Shown one piece after another: positions 1-12,368 of a stretch of 64,000 nt of DNA (the first letter of the stretch is position 1; every line of letters starts with the position of its first letter). The DNA comes from Azolla caroliniana (taxonomy: Eukaryota > Plantae > Polypodiophyta). The notes beneath the pieces are model-generated. The model saw nothing but the letters and a program-made list of their open reading frames with translations. It ran no database searches and was not told the origin of the DNA. Position numbers and translations under genes: made by a program. The DNA is taken from positions 9,362,001 through 9,426,000 of the forward strand of contig JBHGNT010000007.1 of NCBI GenBank assembly GCA_043228905.1. The letters run 5' to 3'.

Positions 1-1139
1 CTATGCCGCATCGACCGAGATACGAGTTGGAAGAGAGAATCTAAAGACGATCAAGCCGGGAGCTGGGTTTTGGCCGACAGTCTTCGAGTGTGAAAAGAAA
101 GGAAAAATTGATTTGGAGGATTTAAAACTTGCTAATCGAAATGTGCGACGAGTTACCGGATGGTCAGATCCAATCAACAATAACACAAGCTTTGCGGAGG
201 TTGTGTGTGACAACTATGAAGCTCTTGTCGAAGAGAAGAGGAAAAGAACTAGTGAAGAAGATGGCACATCAAAGCTTCACAATACGAGGAACACAGGAAA
301 AGAAGGGCAAGCCCAACCTACGCCACAAGAAGAGATAGGAGAAACAAGCATGAAGCCCGGTGGATCAAGCCAACCTTCTCGGATGGAAGTCGATGAATCT
401 GTGAAGAAAGGAAAAGAACGAGCGGCGCCGACTTACAAGCTAAGGTCGGACATAGAACAAACAACTGACTTGCGGAAGGTTCTTGAAGAGAAGGTTTTAG
501 ACAGTCATGTCGACCTTACTTTGAGAGAACTGCTTGGGATCGCTAAGAAGGAGTTCCATGATAATATCGTGGACCTAATTAAGCGGAAGCGGCAACAATT
601 AGATGAAGAGGAGGTGAAAACAACTGCCATAACCATGGCAAGATCGGAAGAGGAGGAAGAAGAAGAAGTAATGGCAGACAGCCATTACTCTCGGCCTCAT
701 TGGGCAAGAGTGACAATGGAGACGCCGATGAAGATTGGGGAGAAGAAAGAGACCGTGGTAGCCTTGATTGACCATGGTTCGGAGATCAACCTCATGTCGA
801 CCGAGTTCTACAAGAATGGAAGATGGCCGATTAATACAAACCAAGGATGGAAGGTTTGAGCGGCAACAAAGACCACAGAGGACTTGTACGGAGCTTGTCA
901 CGATCGAGGATGTGGAGATGGATCAACATTTTTTCTTGAAAGACTCGGCTTCGCATCCTGTCATCCTAGGACAACCGTATATCGCATCATCTCGGATGGA
1001 GACCAAGGTGTTCGATAATGGAGCAGCCTTCGCGTGAGTCAAGAGCCTTGACAGTCAAAGATCTGTTCAATTCCTGATGGTGCGGGTTAACCATGAAAGG
1101 AACCAAGATAGCCTTGGAGGCGAATCCTCGGATTTTTAG
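1..1139 (+). pseudogene. gag C-terminus and aspartic protease (disrupted)
   Basis: ORF 113-859 plus continuation to ...GESSDF* (TAG 1137-1139); homologous to 15190-16116. Confidence 0.85.
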
Positions 1140-1190
1140 AGCGGACTATTGAAGCATGGGGCACAAATAGTTCAAGCAATCATAAGTCCC
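1130..1190 (+). promoter_or_regulatory. Putative -1 ribosomal frameshift signal
   Basis: G GAT TTT heptamer, 6-nt spacer, stem GGACTATT/AATAGTTC, loop GGGGC can pair with GTCCC (1186-1190); the -1 frame is open into pol. Confidence 0.7.
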
Positions 1191-4100
1191 TACAAGGAAA
1201 CAGAGTACGTGGATTGCAAGGAGAAGCAACATGCGTCACACCTAGCGGCGCATGTAAACTAACACTACTCAACAAGAAGTGCAACCGTCAAATACAAGAC
1301 TTCGAGAAGGTGCTGAAAGAAGAAAGCATAATCGAAGAAGACGAATTCGTGTCTCCTATTCTGGAGGAAGCCTCATTTAACGACACCATCGACGAAATCG
1401 AGGAAGTCGTGGACTTGAGCTATCCTCGCGATCAACATGTGATTTCGGTTAACTCCGTCAACATGTACGCTATCATCGATGAATATCATCGAGGCATCTT
1501 GATGGAGGAAGCCGAAGTCAACACAAAATATAAAACGGTGGATGGGAAGATCAAACCAGTTGCAGTTCCGCTACCGGAAGATAGCTAGCAAAAGATGAAG
1601 GAAATTGCAAAAGGTCCAAGCTTAAGGAATCCAAAGACAATAGGTCACGTCTTCACTGAAGAGACGAAGGGAAAGCTACGAGATGGAAGGGAGGATTTCC
1701 TCCTTCCTGAAGAGGAGCGAATGTTCCGCGGAATGCTTAAAAGACATGGGAAGGCTTTCACATTTTTCCCACAAGAAATCGGATGTGCTGACCCAAGGAA
1801 GGTAGAACCGATGGTGATCTTCATGGTGCCGCATGTGCCTTGGAATTTGAAACCGATACCAGTTCCGAGAGCACACCTACCGAAGTTGATCGAGTTCTTA
1901 AAGGAGAAGGTGAATATGGGAATTTTGGAACCGTCGAACGCTCCTTATTCTAATAGGTGGTTCACAGTGTCGAAGAAGAATGGATTGTTGTGATTCATCC
2001 AAGATCTCCAACTTGTCAACAAGGTGATGATCCGAAATGCCGGAATTGGTCCAAGCGTGGATGAATTTGCCGAAGCCTTCGGGGGGAGATCGATCTATTC
2101 TGTTGGTGATCTCTACTCGGGCTATGACTAGTTTCAGTTGGTTGTCGATAGTAGAGACATAACGACAATGTGGACGCCGATTGGGTTGGTGCAGATGTGT
2201 ACCTTACCTCAAGGTGCAACAAATTCGGTGGCTCATATGGTGAATGCCATGAACAAGGTCTTGAAGGATTGCATCCCAGGCATCACGATGCCATTCTTGG
2301 ATGACATTCCGATAAAAGGATGTTCGGATGAGGAGAAGGATGAATCGAAAGATAAGGATGGATGCAGAAAGTTCGTCGTGGAACATATGAAAGATTGCGA
2401 GAAGGTGCTCCAAGCGCTCAAAGATATGAATTTGACATTTTCAGGAGAAAAATCCGTATTCGGGCAACCGGAGATCTTGGTGGTAGGTCACTTGTGTGGA
2501 GCATACGGTCGAAAGCCTTCACCATCCAAGGTGAATGCGATCCAAGACATGAAAGAAGAATGTGTAACCCAAACAGAGGTACAAAGGTTCCTTGGAGCAT
2601 GTGCCTTTTATCACATTTGGAATCCACACTACACCCACATTGTTGAGCCATTATACGGGCTACTAAAGAAGAAGCGGAGGTTCGAATGGACAAGCGAGCA
2701 TACTTTCGCCATCTGAAGACTGACGAAATTATTGATGGAGGCACCTACATTACGGAAGGCGAACTATTCAAATGGCAAGCCCATTTTTGTGACAGTGGAT
2801 ACTAGTCTAACCAGAATTGGATGGGTTATAAACCAAGAAGACGAAGATTGCAACCGATATGCAATTCGGTTTGGTGCGAAAGTGTTAAGTGATAGGCAAA
2901 GAAGGTATGCCCAAGTGAAGAGGGAGCTATGGGGAATCATATCGGCGATCAAGTCTGATCATGACTACCTTATTGGAGCAGAAGTCATAATCGAGACAGA
3001 TTGCCTACCAATCTTGGGTATGATATCTGGATGTAGTACACTAGATATTGCCATGCTACGTTGGATTGCATATATCAAATCACTCAACCCGGAGATCCAT
3101 CATGTAGCTGGGAAGCGTAATGTCGTTGCAGACATGCTATCACGAGCAAGATACGACAGAGAAGAAGATGGACATCTGATGAAGAGGATGTTGACTTGGA
3201 TTTCTTTACAAGTTCCTACGCTTGACAACTTTCATAGAAGAGGACTACGAAGGCGAATTTGTGGAGATCGGAAATACTTAAGTTCTCTCCAAAACGATGA
3301 TTCATGGTCGACAGAAGACTTCCACCGAATTCGGAAGAAGGCATACAAGTATTTCCTTAAGGATGGATCTCTTTGGAGGCATGCAAAAAAGAAGAATGGG
3401 ACTCCGATGAGAATTTTCTGCAAGCTGGAAGACCGACAAAAACTAATGTCCGAATTTCATGATAGTGTTTTTGCAGGCCATCGAGGAATATGGGCTACGT
3501 TCGCAAAGCTTCAGGAGAAATATCAGTGGTCGGGCATCTACAAAGATGTAGCAGCTTATGTGGAAACAAACATGTAAGGAATGTCAAATGTTTTCGAATG
3601 TTCGCCATCAAGATGAACTTCATCTGACTTACCCGTTGGCTATGCATTACAAGTGGATGGTGGACATCGTAAGGATGCCAATGGGGCGATGACAGATGAA
3701 GTATCTTGTGCTTGCGAGAGAGGATCTTACCAATCAAGTTGAAGGGCGAGCATTTAGAACTAAGGAGACATCATCAATATGCAAATTCCTTCTTGAAGAT
3801 GTTATTTGTAGATATGGATGTGTTGACAAGATAGTGGCTGATAGAGGCGAGTTGGATGCCAAGGAAGCTAAAGAATTCTTCTCTAGGATGGGAATCAAAT
3901 TATCTCTTACCATGGCGTATAATCCAGAAGCGAATGGTAAAGTGGAACTTGGACATGGACTGATTGTGAAGGCTCTAGTGAAAGCTTGCCATGGGAAAAC
4001 AGGAGAATGGCTACGTCTATTGCCATTTGCACTATGGGCTGACAGGACTACTCATAGCACGGTGATGGGATACATGCCAGCAGAGTTCATATTCGGACAG

Positions 4101-4587
4101 AAACCGATAATGCTAGTGGAACAAAGTATTGTTTCATGGTTTGCATTGCCAATGATGGCAAGATGAGATAAGTAGAGAAGATCTTCTAGCATTGAGGATT
4201 CGACAATTGGAGCGGAAGTTGGAAGATATTGAAGTGGCTAAAGCGCGGCTAAAGAATGCAAGGCTGAAGAACAAGAGAGACTTCGACAAACGACATCGAC
4301 TTCATCCGAGGAAAATCGTTGAAGGAGATTGGGTGTTGGTCTATGACTATAGCCTAGACAACCAACATAGTACAACTCGAAAATTTTCACAACGATGGTT
4401 TGGACCATATGTGGTGAAGAAAGTGGAAGATAATGCAACATATCATTTAGTAGAACTAGATGGTACACCACTTGCTTTGCCAATTGTAGGTAAGAGAATC
4501 AAGATCTTTAAGAGAAGAGAGGCCCCAAATCTTGAAATCGAAGCTCTAGGCGATGTAGCCTCGACCATCGAGGTTGAAAAAGAATAA
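1130..4587 (+). pseudogene. pol (RT, RNase H, integrase), starting in the -1 frame relative to gag-PR, disrupted
   Basis: ORFs 1214-1588, 1595-1993, 2138-2716, 2732-3577, 3696-4166 and 4192-4587 carry successive RT/RH/INT motifs. Confidence 0.9.
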
Positions 4588-4593
4588 TCAAAA

Positions 4594-5267
4594 TGACGGG
4601 AACTGAAACGCTCGTTATGCGCAACGCTCGGCCACAACCAAGCTTAGAATCATACACAGAAAAAAACAGTGAAAGAATGCACGACACGAAGAAGAGAAGA
4701 GTACACAGGATGTTTACGTGGAAAACCCAAACTAAGGGAAAAACCACGGCAGCCCACGGGCTGCAAACTATCGCTATGTTAGAATGTACAACAGTGAGTT
4801 CACGGAGGCAACGACCTCGTGCTCACGATCTTCACCACAGGCGGCGGTTACAACAGAGGCAACGACCTCTTCCTCTCTCTCCCTCTCTCTGTACACAGTT
4901 ACGCGCTCTGATCTCGCGCAGACAAGAACAAGAACAACAACCCTTATACATAAGTTTGCCCTAAGTCATATTTATACTAATATGACTTTTCGGCTATTTA
5001 CAAATATAACCTCGATGGACTCTCAGAAACATATTTACGAATATATCTCTTCATCCAGTGAGCACTCCTCATCGGGTCTTAACCATCCGGCTCTCCGTAG
5101 CCGGGTACTCCTCATCCGGTTCTCACCGGGTCTTCACCATCCGGCTCTCCGTAGCCGGGTACTCCTCATCCAGTTCTCACCGGGTCTTCACCATCCGGTT
5201 CTCCGTAGCCGGGTACTCCTCATCCGGTTCTCACTGGGTCTGCACCATCCGGCTCTCCGTAGCCGGG
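4594..5267 (-). mobile_element. Partial Ty1/copia LTR (3' part), interrupted by a same-family element
   Basis: TGACGGGAAC at 4594 is the reverse complement of the LTR end GTTCCCGTCA at 6348-6357; near-identical inverted copy of about 5680-6357. Confidence 0.85.
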
Positions 5268-6357
5268 TGTTGGGAGACAGGTCCCTTCGGATGGGAAGAG
5301 AGAAGAACAGTGCCGATGAACAAACTCGGCCGAGGCCGAAACCGGATGAGGAGTACCCGGCTACGGAGAGCCGGATGGTGCAGACCCGGTGAGAACCGGA
5401 TGAGGAGTACCCAGCTACGGAGAGTCGGATGACGCAGACCCAGTGAGAACCGGATGAGGAGTGCCCGGCTACGGAGAGCCGGATGGTGCAGACACAGTGA
5501 GTTCCGGATGAGGAGTACTCGGCTACGGAGAGCCGGATGGTGCAGACCCGGTGAGAACCGGATGAGGAGTACCCAGCTACGGAGAGTCGGATGACGCAGA
5601 CCCAGTGAGAACCGGATGAGGAGTGCCCGGCTACGGAGAGCCGGATGGTGCAGACACGGTGAGATCCGGATGAGGAGTACTCGGCTACGGAGAGCCGGAT
5701 GGTGCAGACCCGGTGAGAACCGGATGAGGAGTACCCGGCTACGGAGAGTCGGATGACGCAGACCCGGTGAGAACCGGATGAGGAGTACCCGGCCATGCAG
5801 AGCCGGATGGTGCAAAACCGGTGAGATCCGGATGAGGAGTACCCGGCTACAGAGAGCCGGATGGTGCAAACCCGATGAGAACCGGATGAAGAGACATATT
5901 CGTAAATATGTTTCTGAGAGTCCATCGAGGCTATATTTGTAAATAGCCGAAAAGTCATATTAGTATAAATATGACTTAGGGCAAACTTTTTTGAGTTATT
6001 GTTGTTGTTGTCATTTCTTGTTGGTGCAAGAAGAAGAGAGAGCACGTAACAATGTACAGAGAGAGAGTGAGAGGAAGAGGTCGTAGCCTCTCTTGTAACC
6101 GCCGCCTGTGGCGAGGATCGTGAGCACGAGGTCGTTGCCTCCGTGAACTCACTGTTGTACATTCAAACATAGCGATAGTTTGCAGCCTGTGGGCTGCCGT
6201 GGTTTTTTCCCTTAGTTTGGGTTTTTCCACGTAAACATCTTGTGTACATTTTTTCTTCTCCTTTGTGTCGCATGTTTTCCGTTTCCTGTTTTTTGTGTAT
6301 GATTCTAAGCTCGGTTGTGGATGAGCGTTGTGCATAAGGAGCATTGAGTTCCCGTCA
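5268..6357 (+). mobile_element. Ty1/copia 5' LTR
   Basis: TG...CA ends, TATA-like AGTATAAAT near 5962, followed by an iMet PBS and gag; homologous to the solo LTR at 8266-8932. Confidence 0.9.
5341..5890 (+). repeat. 54-bp tandem repeat (~10 units) in LTR U3
   Basis: Unit ACCGGATGAGGAGTACCCGGCTACGGAGAGCCGGATGGTGCAGACCCGGTGAGA; 18-aa periodicity in the overlapping ORFs. Confidence 0.95.
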
Positions 6358-6359
6358 AG

Positions 6360-6371
6360 TGGTATCAGAGC
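6360..6371 (+). promoter_or_regulatory. Primer binding site, tRNA-iMet
   Basis: TGGTATCAGAGC 2 nt after the LTR end. Confidence 0.95.
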
Positions 6372-6386
6372 GAAACGACACAGAAA

Positions 6387-7271
6387 ATGGACGAATCGTT
6401 TGGCGGCATGTTCAAGCTCACCGGCTCCAACTATTCAGTGTGGAAGTCGAAGATGAGGGACATGCTCGTGGTTAAAGACCTCTGGCTGCCGGTTCAATTC
6501 GAGGACAAGAGACCGGACAAAATTGACGCCGTGATATGGGAGGTGATGCACATGAAGACAACGGCGTACATACGGTGCTTCATCGACATGAGCCTATACA
6601 ACAACTTCAATGAAGAGAGCAAGGCTCATGAGCTCTGGGAGAAGATCGGCATAATGTTTCAAAACAAAAATGTTGTTAATCAGGTTTCGGTATTCCGGAA
6701 GCTAGTAAGACTCTGGTACGAAGATGGCTCCAACATGGCGGAGCACATGAATGCCTTCCAGGGGCTGATCCACCAGGCAACTTCATTGGAAGTACCTCTC
6801 GCCGATGAGGTACTAGTGCTACTCTTGCTTGGTTCCCTCCTGGATAGTTGGGAGACGTTGGTTGTCACTTTGGGCAACGCCGGGCCGAAAGGAAAACGGT
6901 TATCCCTAGCAAGAGTAAAGTCGAGCTTGCTAAATGAGGAGGCGCGTCGGAAAGATAAAGATACGAGCTCCGACTCCAAAGCGCTTCTTACCGAATCGGA
7001 ACGCGGAAGACATAGAAACCGTAGTCCCCAGAACCGGGAGAAGTCGGGGACACGGTCAAAGTCAAGGGGGAGGCCCACTTGCTTCTATTGCGGCAAGCCG
7101 GGAGATACAAGCTCAGTGCAGCCGACAAGATTAATACGGAAATTAGAAGTCACCGTCGGCGGTCATACATTTCACATCTCGGTAGTAGTGCTACAATTAC
7201 AGGCACAAGGCGCATACCCGCTATTGCTAGGGCGGCCATGGTTGAAAACGGCACATATCAAACAGAATTAG
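6387..7271 (+). pseudogene. Copia gag (truncated in the zinc knuckle) fused in frame to a gypsy protease C-terminal segment
   Basis: KLTGSNYSVWKSKMRDML, LLLGSLLDSWETLV, CFYCGKPG, then DTSSVQP...YPLLLGRPWL; junction near 7102. Confidence 0.85.
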
Positions 7272-10200
7272 AGGAAAAATATAATTACCTTCCGGCGAGG
7301 AAAAGCCAAGGTACGGGTACCAACACAGCCAAGGACGAGCACTGGCAAGGAATGTACACCGTTGTATGCGGAATGCGTCAACATGCTAGAAGGGTTAGCT
7401 GACAAAGAAGAAGCTCAGTACTTGCAGGAAAACCCGAAGATCATACCCCTCTTCGAGATTGACATTGCCGAAGCAGTAGCGCCATACTTACCGCAACCGG
7501 AAGAGGCTGAAGTAGAACCGGATAAAGACGCAATCTGGGAGTTACGGCAAGCGCAGGAAGCGTTGGAACGGGAAATGGTCGTTTCACAGCGCATAAAAGT
7601 GTCGCAACTGGAAGAGGTGAACCTAGGGACCACAGACGAAGCAAAACCGGTGCACATCGCCAAGGAGATGAAGTCCGAAGACAAAACGGCGATGATCACA
7701 CTTCTCACGGAATTTCGAGATGTGTTCGCCTGGTCATACGAAGACATGCGAGGACTCGACCCTCAGTTATACCAGCATCAGGTTCACTTGAGCAAGGACG
7801 CAAAACCAGTGGCACAAAGACGGTACCGGATGAATCCCAATTATGCCGCCAAAGTCAAGAAGGAAATCGACAAACTACTAAGAGTGGGCTTTATCCGTCC
7901 GGTAAAGAAAGCGACATGGCTAAGCCCGATCGTAGTCGTACCGAAGAAGAACGGAAAAATTCGAGTTTGTGTGGACTACCGGAAACTCAATGCAGCTACG
8001 GTAACGGATGCGTTTCCACTTCCGTTCACAGATAGAGTGTTGGATGTCGTCGCCGTTCATGAGGTCTATAGCTTCCTAGACGGATTCAGCGGGTATAATC
8101 AGATCCGGATGCACCCCGACGACCAAGAGAAAACGGCTTTCGTCACCGAATGGGGGGTGTTTGTGGCCGTGGTGATGATGTTCGGACTCAAAACGGCACC
8201 GGCAACATTTCAACGAATCATCATGGAAATTTTTGGTGAATATATTCCGGCTTTTATGCAGGTTTTGTCGAGAACTTGACGTTCCTTATGTCCGACGCTC
8301 GGCCACAACCGAGACTCTTTACATACACAGAAAAACAGGTAATGAAACGCGACACAAAAGAGGAGAAATGGTACACAGGAGGTATACGTGGAAAACCCCC
8401 AAATAGGGGAAAAAACCACGACAGCCCACAAGCTGCAAACTGTCGCTATGTAGAAATATACAACAGTGAGATCACTGAGGCAACGACCTCGTGCTCTCAG
8501 ATCTTCGCCACAGGCGGCGGTTACAACAGAGGCAACGACCTCGTCTCTCTCTCTCTCTCTCTCTGTACAGTTACGTGCTCTGATTTCTACTCTCACCAAC
8601 AACCAAAGCAACAATAACAGAAACCACAACGACTACTCCCAAAAAAAAACTAAAAGTTTGCCCTAAGTCATATTTATACTAATATGACTTTTCGGCTATT
8701 TACAAATGTAGCCTCTCCGCAGTCGGGTACTCCTCATCCGGTTCATACCGGGCCTACACCATCCGACTCTCCGCAGTCGGGTACTCCTCATCCGGTTCAT
8801 ACCGGGCCTACACCATCCGACTCTCCGCAGTCGGGTTCTCCCCATCCGGTTCATACCGTTTCGGCCTCGGCCGAGTTTGTTCGTCGGCACTGTTCTTCTC
8901 CCTTCCCATCCGGAGGGACCTGTCTACCAACAGGTTTTCCTTGACGATTTCGCCGTCCATAGCCGGGAGGAGGACCATTTTCAGCACCTCCGTCTTTGTC
9001 TAGAAAAGTGTAGAGCGTATCGGCTAAGCTTGAATCCGGCAAAGTGTGTATTTGGCGTATCCAATGGAACTCTATTAGGAGATATTGTGAGCCAGGAAGG
9101 TATTGCAGTCGACCCGGACAAAGTGAAAGCCATATTAGAAGCAACGGCGCCGGCAACGGCAAAGGCATTAAGCCAGTTTTTAGGCCAGATCCGGTGGCAC
9201 AGCCGGATGCTCCGATACTTGGCCGACCTGGCTACACCATTTCATGCCGTCGTACATCGGACACCATTCCAGTGGACCGACACCAAGGATAGGGCGTATA
9301 GGGCCCTCAAGGTACTATTGTCGCAAGCACCAGTAGTGCAGCCTCCGGATTGGAGTAAAGAATTTCACGTGTTCGTGGACGCCTCCGACATCGCAATCGG
9401 AAGCGTACTGATGCAGCTTACGGAACCAAAGTGGTACCAGCCAGTGTACTATGCCAGCCGAAAGCTATCCCAAGCAGAACGAAACTACTCTACCACGGAA
9501 CGGGAAGCTCTAGGGATGATCTACAATGTGACAAAGTTTCGGCATTATTTATTGGGAAGGAAGTTTTCCTTCCATGTAGATCAATCGGCACTCCTTTACC
9601 TGGTGTCCAAAGCGTCACTCACTGGAAAATTGGCCCGGTGGACCTTAGTGTTACAGGAATTCGAGTTTGAAATATTCCACCGACCCGGTATACAGCATGC
9701 CGTGACGGATTACTTAAGCCGATTAGAGTCCGGAGAGACGGGTGACGGAGTAGCGGATGAGTTTCCGGATGCGGAGCTGTTTCGAGTCACTACGGAGACG
9801 GCAACAGATGAGACGGTGGCCTAGGAAGACAAGTGGCTCACAAATATGCACCAGTTTTTGAGCACAGGACTGCCTCCAGAAGAGATGAACCGGGACGAAC
9901 GGAAACGCCTGGCGGTGCAAAGCCGACATTTCTGCTTACTGCAAGACACACTTTACCACAAGGGCGCGGACGGCATATGGAGACGGGCTGTGCGCAGCGA
10001 TGAAAAGGACCTCATACTAAGGGAAGCCCACTGCGGAGTTGCCGGAGATGTGACAGCCAGGAAAATATGGCAAAGTGGCCTATGGTGGCCAACGACATTA
10101 AGAGATGCGGTACGGTACGCAAAAGAATGTGACCTATGTCAGCGAATGGGCCAGCCAACGGAGCAAGCTCGTATGCCACACCAGCCGGTACTACCACTCG

Positions 10201-11207
10201 AGCCATTCCAGAAGTGGGGGCTGGACTTTGTTGGACCGTTCAAACCACCGACAATGAGAACGGGTAATCGATACGTCATCGTCGCGACGGATTACTGCAC
10301 GAAATGGCTGGAGGCCAAAGCTTTAAGGGACAACACCGCTGCGTCAACGGTGAAATTTCTATACGAGTACATCTGGTGCCGTTACGGATGCCCAATTGAA
10401 TTAATAAGCGACCAAGGGGGGCACTTTCTCGGCCAAGTAGTGGAAAGCCTGACGACATTCTATGTCGTTGTCCACAAACGGAGCACACCTTACTATCCAC
10501 AAGCGAACGGTTTAGCGGAATCAATGAACAAGACGCTCCAGAATATCCTCTGGAAGATCGTCAACGAAAACCGAACGGATTGGGATACAAAGCTACATAG
10601 CGCGATTTGGGCATACCGGACGGCATACAAAACGAGCATCCGAACAACACCGTTCCGGTTAGCGTTCAGACTAGAGGCGGTAATGCCGGTGGAATTCCAA
10701 GTACCTAGCTTACGGATCCAGCTACGGGAACGACTGAACAAGAAGGAGTCGGAGGCAATACGGTTGACAGCGCTGTGTGAACTCGAGGAACAACGACTGG
10801 CCAGCATCCTGCAGTTAGAATTGGAGCAACGGCGAGGGAAAGCATTTGTCGACCGGCACAGGAAAGGAAACGAAAAAATGTTCGCAATTGGCAAACCAGT
10901 GTTAGTATTTCAGACCCGGATGGGCAAGATGCCGGGTAAACTACGGTTTAGATGGACCGGACCGTATTGGCTAACACGTGAGTATAATGGGTCCTACCAG
11001 TTAGGGATACTTGCCGGCGAAGTGCTAGGCAAATGGGTCAATGGATTCCGATTGAAGCCATATAGAGGATCAATGCCTAAGAACCCATTTGAGCAAAGGA
11101 CCGACACCAGTGAAGGAAACGGCAACCACCAAGACGGTGGAGACGGCGAGCCGATAACTGGGGAGAATGAGGCCGGTAAGGGTCTGAGAGGACCAACAGA
11201 CAAGTAA
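7103..11207 (+). pseudogene. pol (PR end, RT, RNase H, integrase) interrupted by a solo LTR
   Basis: ORFs 7362-8279, 8877-9824 and 9846-11207; MQVFLDD is restored by removing 8266-8932 and one TSD copy. Confidence 0.92.
8266..8932 (-). mobile_element. Copia solo LTR with 5-bp TSD GGTTT
   Basis: TG..CA ends; GGTTT at 8261-8265 and 8933-8937; homologous to LTR 5268-6357 with about 3 copies of the 54-bp unit. Confidence 0.93.
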
Positions 11208-11604
11208 TGTCACACTAATAATAATAATAACTAAAAATAATAAAAATAAAAATAAAAATAAAAAAATAAAAAACAATCATGCAAAAGCGAGGAATGGATG
11301 GATGAAAGAGCGAGGAGCGAAAAGGTACATAGTGGGCATTTAAAGCGCCACCACAGGACATAATGCTATTTTAGTACACGACATGCACACACTCGAAAAA
11401 GGCGCCAGAATGCACAGACAAAAATCACTGCGCGTAGAGACCCTTTACTTTCGCGAACCCAAGAGCACAGAAGCACCAAGACGCTGCAAGATCATCAGAC
11501 GAGAACCTACGCACAAATAACCCCCGCCTTCTGAACTCTCTCTCTCTCAACCTCACTCTCATCACCATCCAACCTCGCCACCGCAATCCAACCTCGACAC
11601 AGAC

Positions 11605-12281
11605 ATGGACCCGCAAACGTTGTCGGAAGCCGCCAAGACATGGCTAAAGCAACACGGGCTTGAGGGCTTCTTGATGATGATGGAAGTACTGCCACACAAA
11701 GAAGCCGACAAAGTGATCAAAGAAATCGACACAGAGGTCATAACGGCAGAAGCGATTCGAGCGTTAACAGGCCTTCCGGAGGGAGGCATACTCACGATTG
11801 ACAATCCAACCCCCGAGCAACTCATCAGGTATTTTGGTGAGTACTCTCTTGCCAGCAAGGGCTACCGGACACGGGGCGGCGGCGATATGTTGTTCCGCGA
11901 GATTGCTCGTGTGCTCCACGAATACGGCCACGTGTACCCTAGACCCCCTGTCATGCCGCAAAACCGGGCAAGGATTATCATCGCCACCTATGAAGGGATC
12001 AAGGTGGATTGGCCGGTATTGATCACAGACGGGTTGTGTGCGGCGATCGAGATCGTCAGAAGCAAAGACGACAAAGAAGGCCGAGACGGACGGAGGATAT
12101 GGCACGCCGTAACGCAGTGGCGCACCTTGCTTGTGCCACACGTCCAGCCCGTCCAGCCCAAGAAGCGAGGAAGAGTGGCGGACGGCACCCCAAAGACGGC
12201 TTCCAAACGACAACAGTTGTTGGCCTCTAAGGCCACTAAGGGGAAGGCGGCGGATGCAGAACAGGCGGGAAAGGAGAGTGG
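11605..12281 (+). pseudogene. N-terminal part of retrotransposon extra ORF (unknown function)
   Basis: ATG at 11605; reading frame continues at 19095 after removing insertion 12282-19090 (..KESG|SRKRP..). Confidence 0.75.
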
Positions 12282-12368
12282 TGTCGTGAAGAAAACTATC
12301 CCTTAGCGCAATCGGTCCATAGCGCGCGTGAACCGGCTCTTCATGCATGCGCGCCCTTTAATGTGTAT

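Larger units (their letters stand above)
1..4593 (+). mobile_element. Degenerate Ty3/gypsy LTR retrotransposon internal region (gag-PR, RT-RNaseH-INT); 5' end lies outside the window, 3' end is cut by a copia LTR
   Basis: Protease ALIDHGSEINLM, RT LPQGATNS and FLDDIPIKG, RNase H VDTS..RYAQVKREL..VADMLSR, integrase (DRGE, YNPEANGKVE, WFGPYVV); many in-frame stops and frameshifts. Confidence 0.93.

Noticed and set aside
4784-6162. Long repetitive ORFs (202, 212 and 324 aa) and a CRISPR-like look of the array
   Set aside because: These are translations of the 54-bp LTR tandem repeat; the units are contiguous with no unique spacers and no cas genes.
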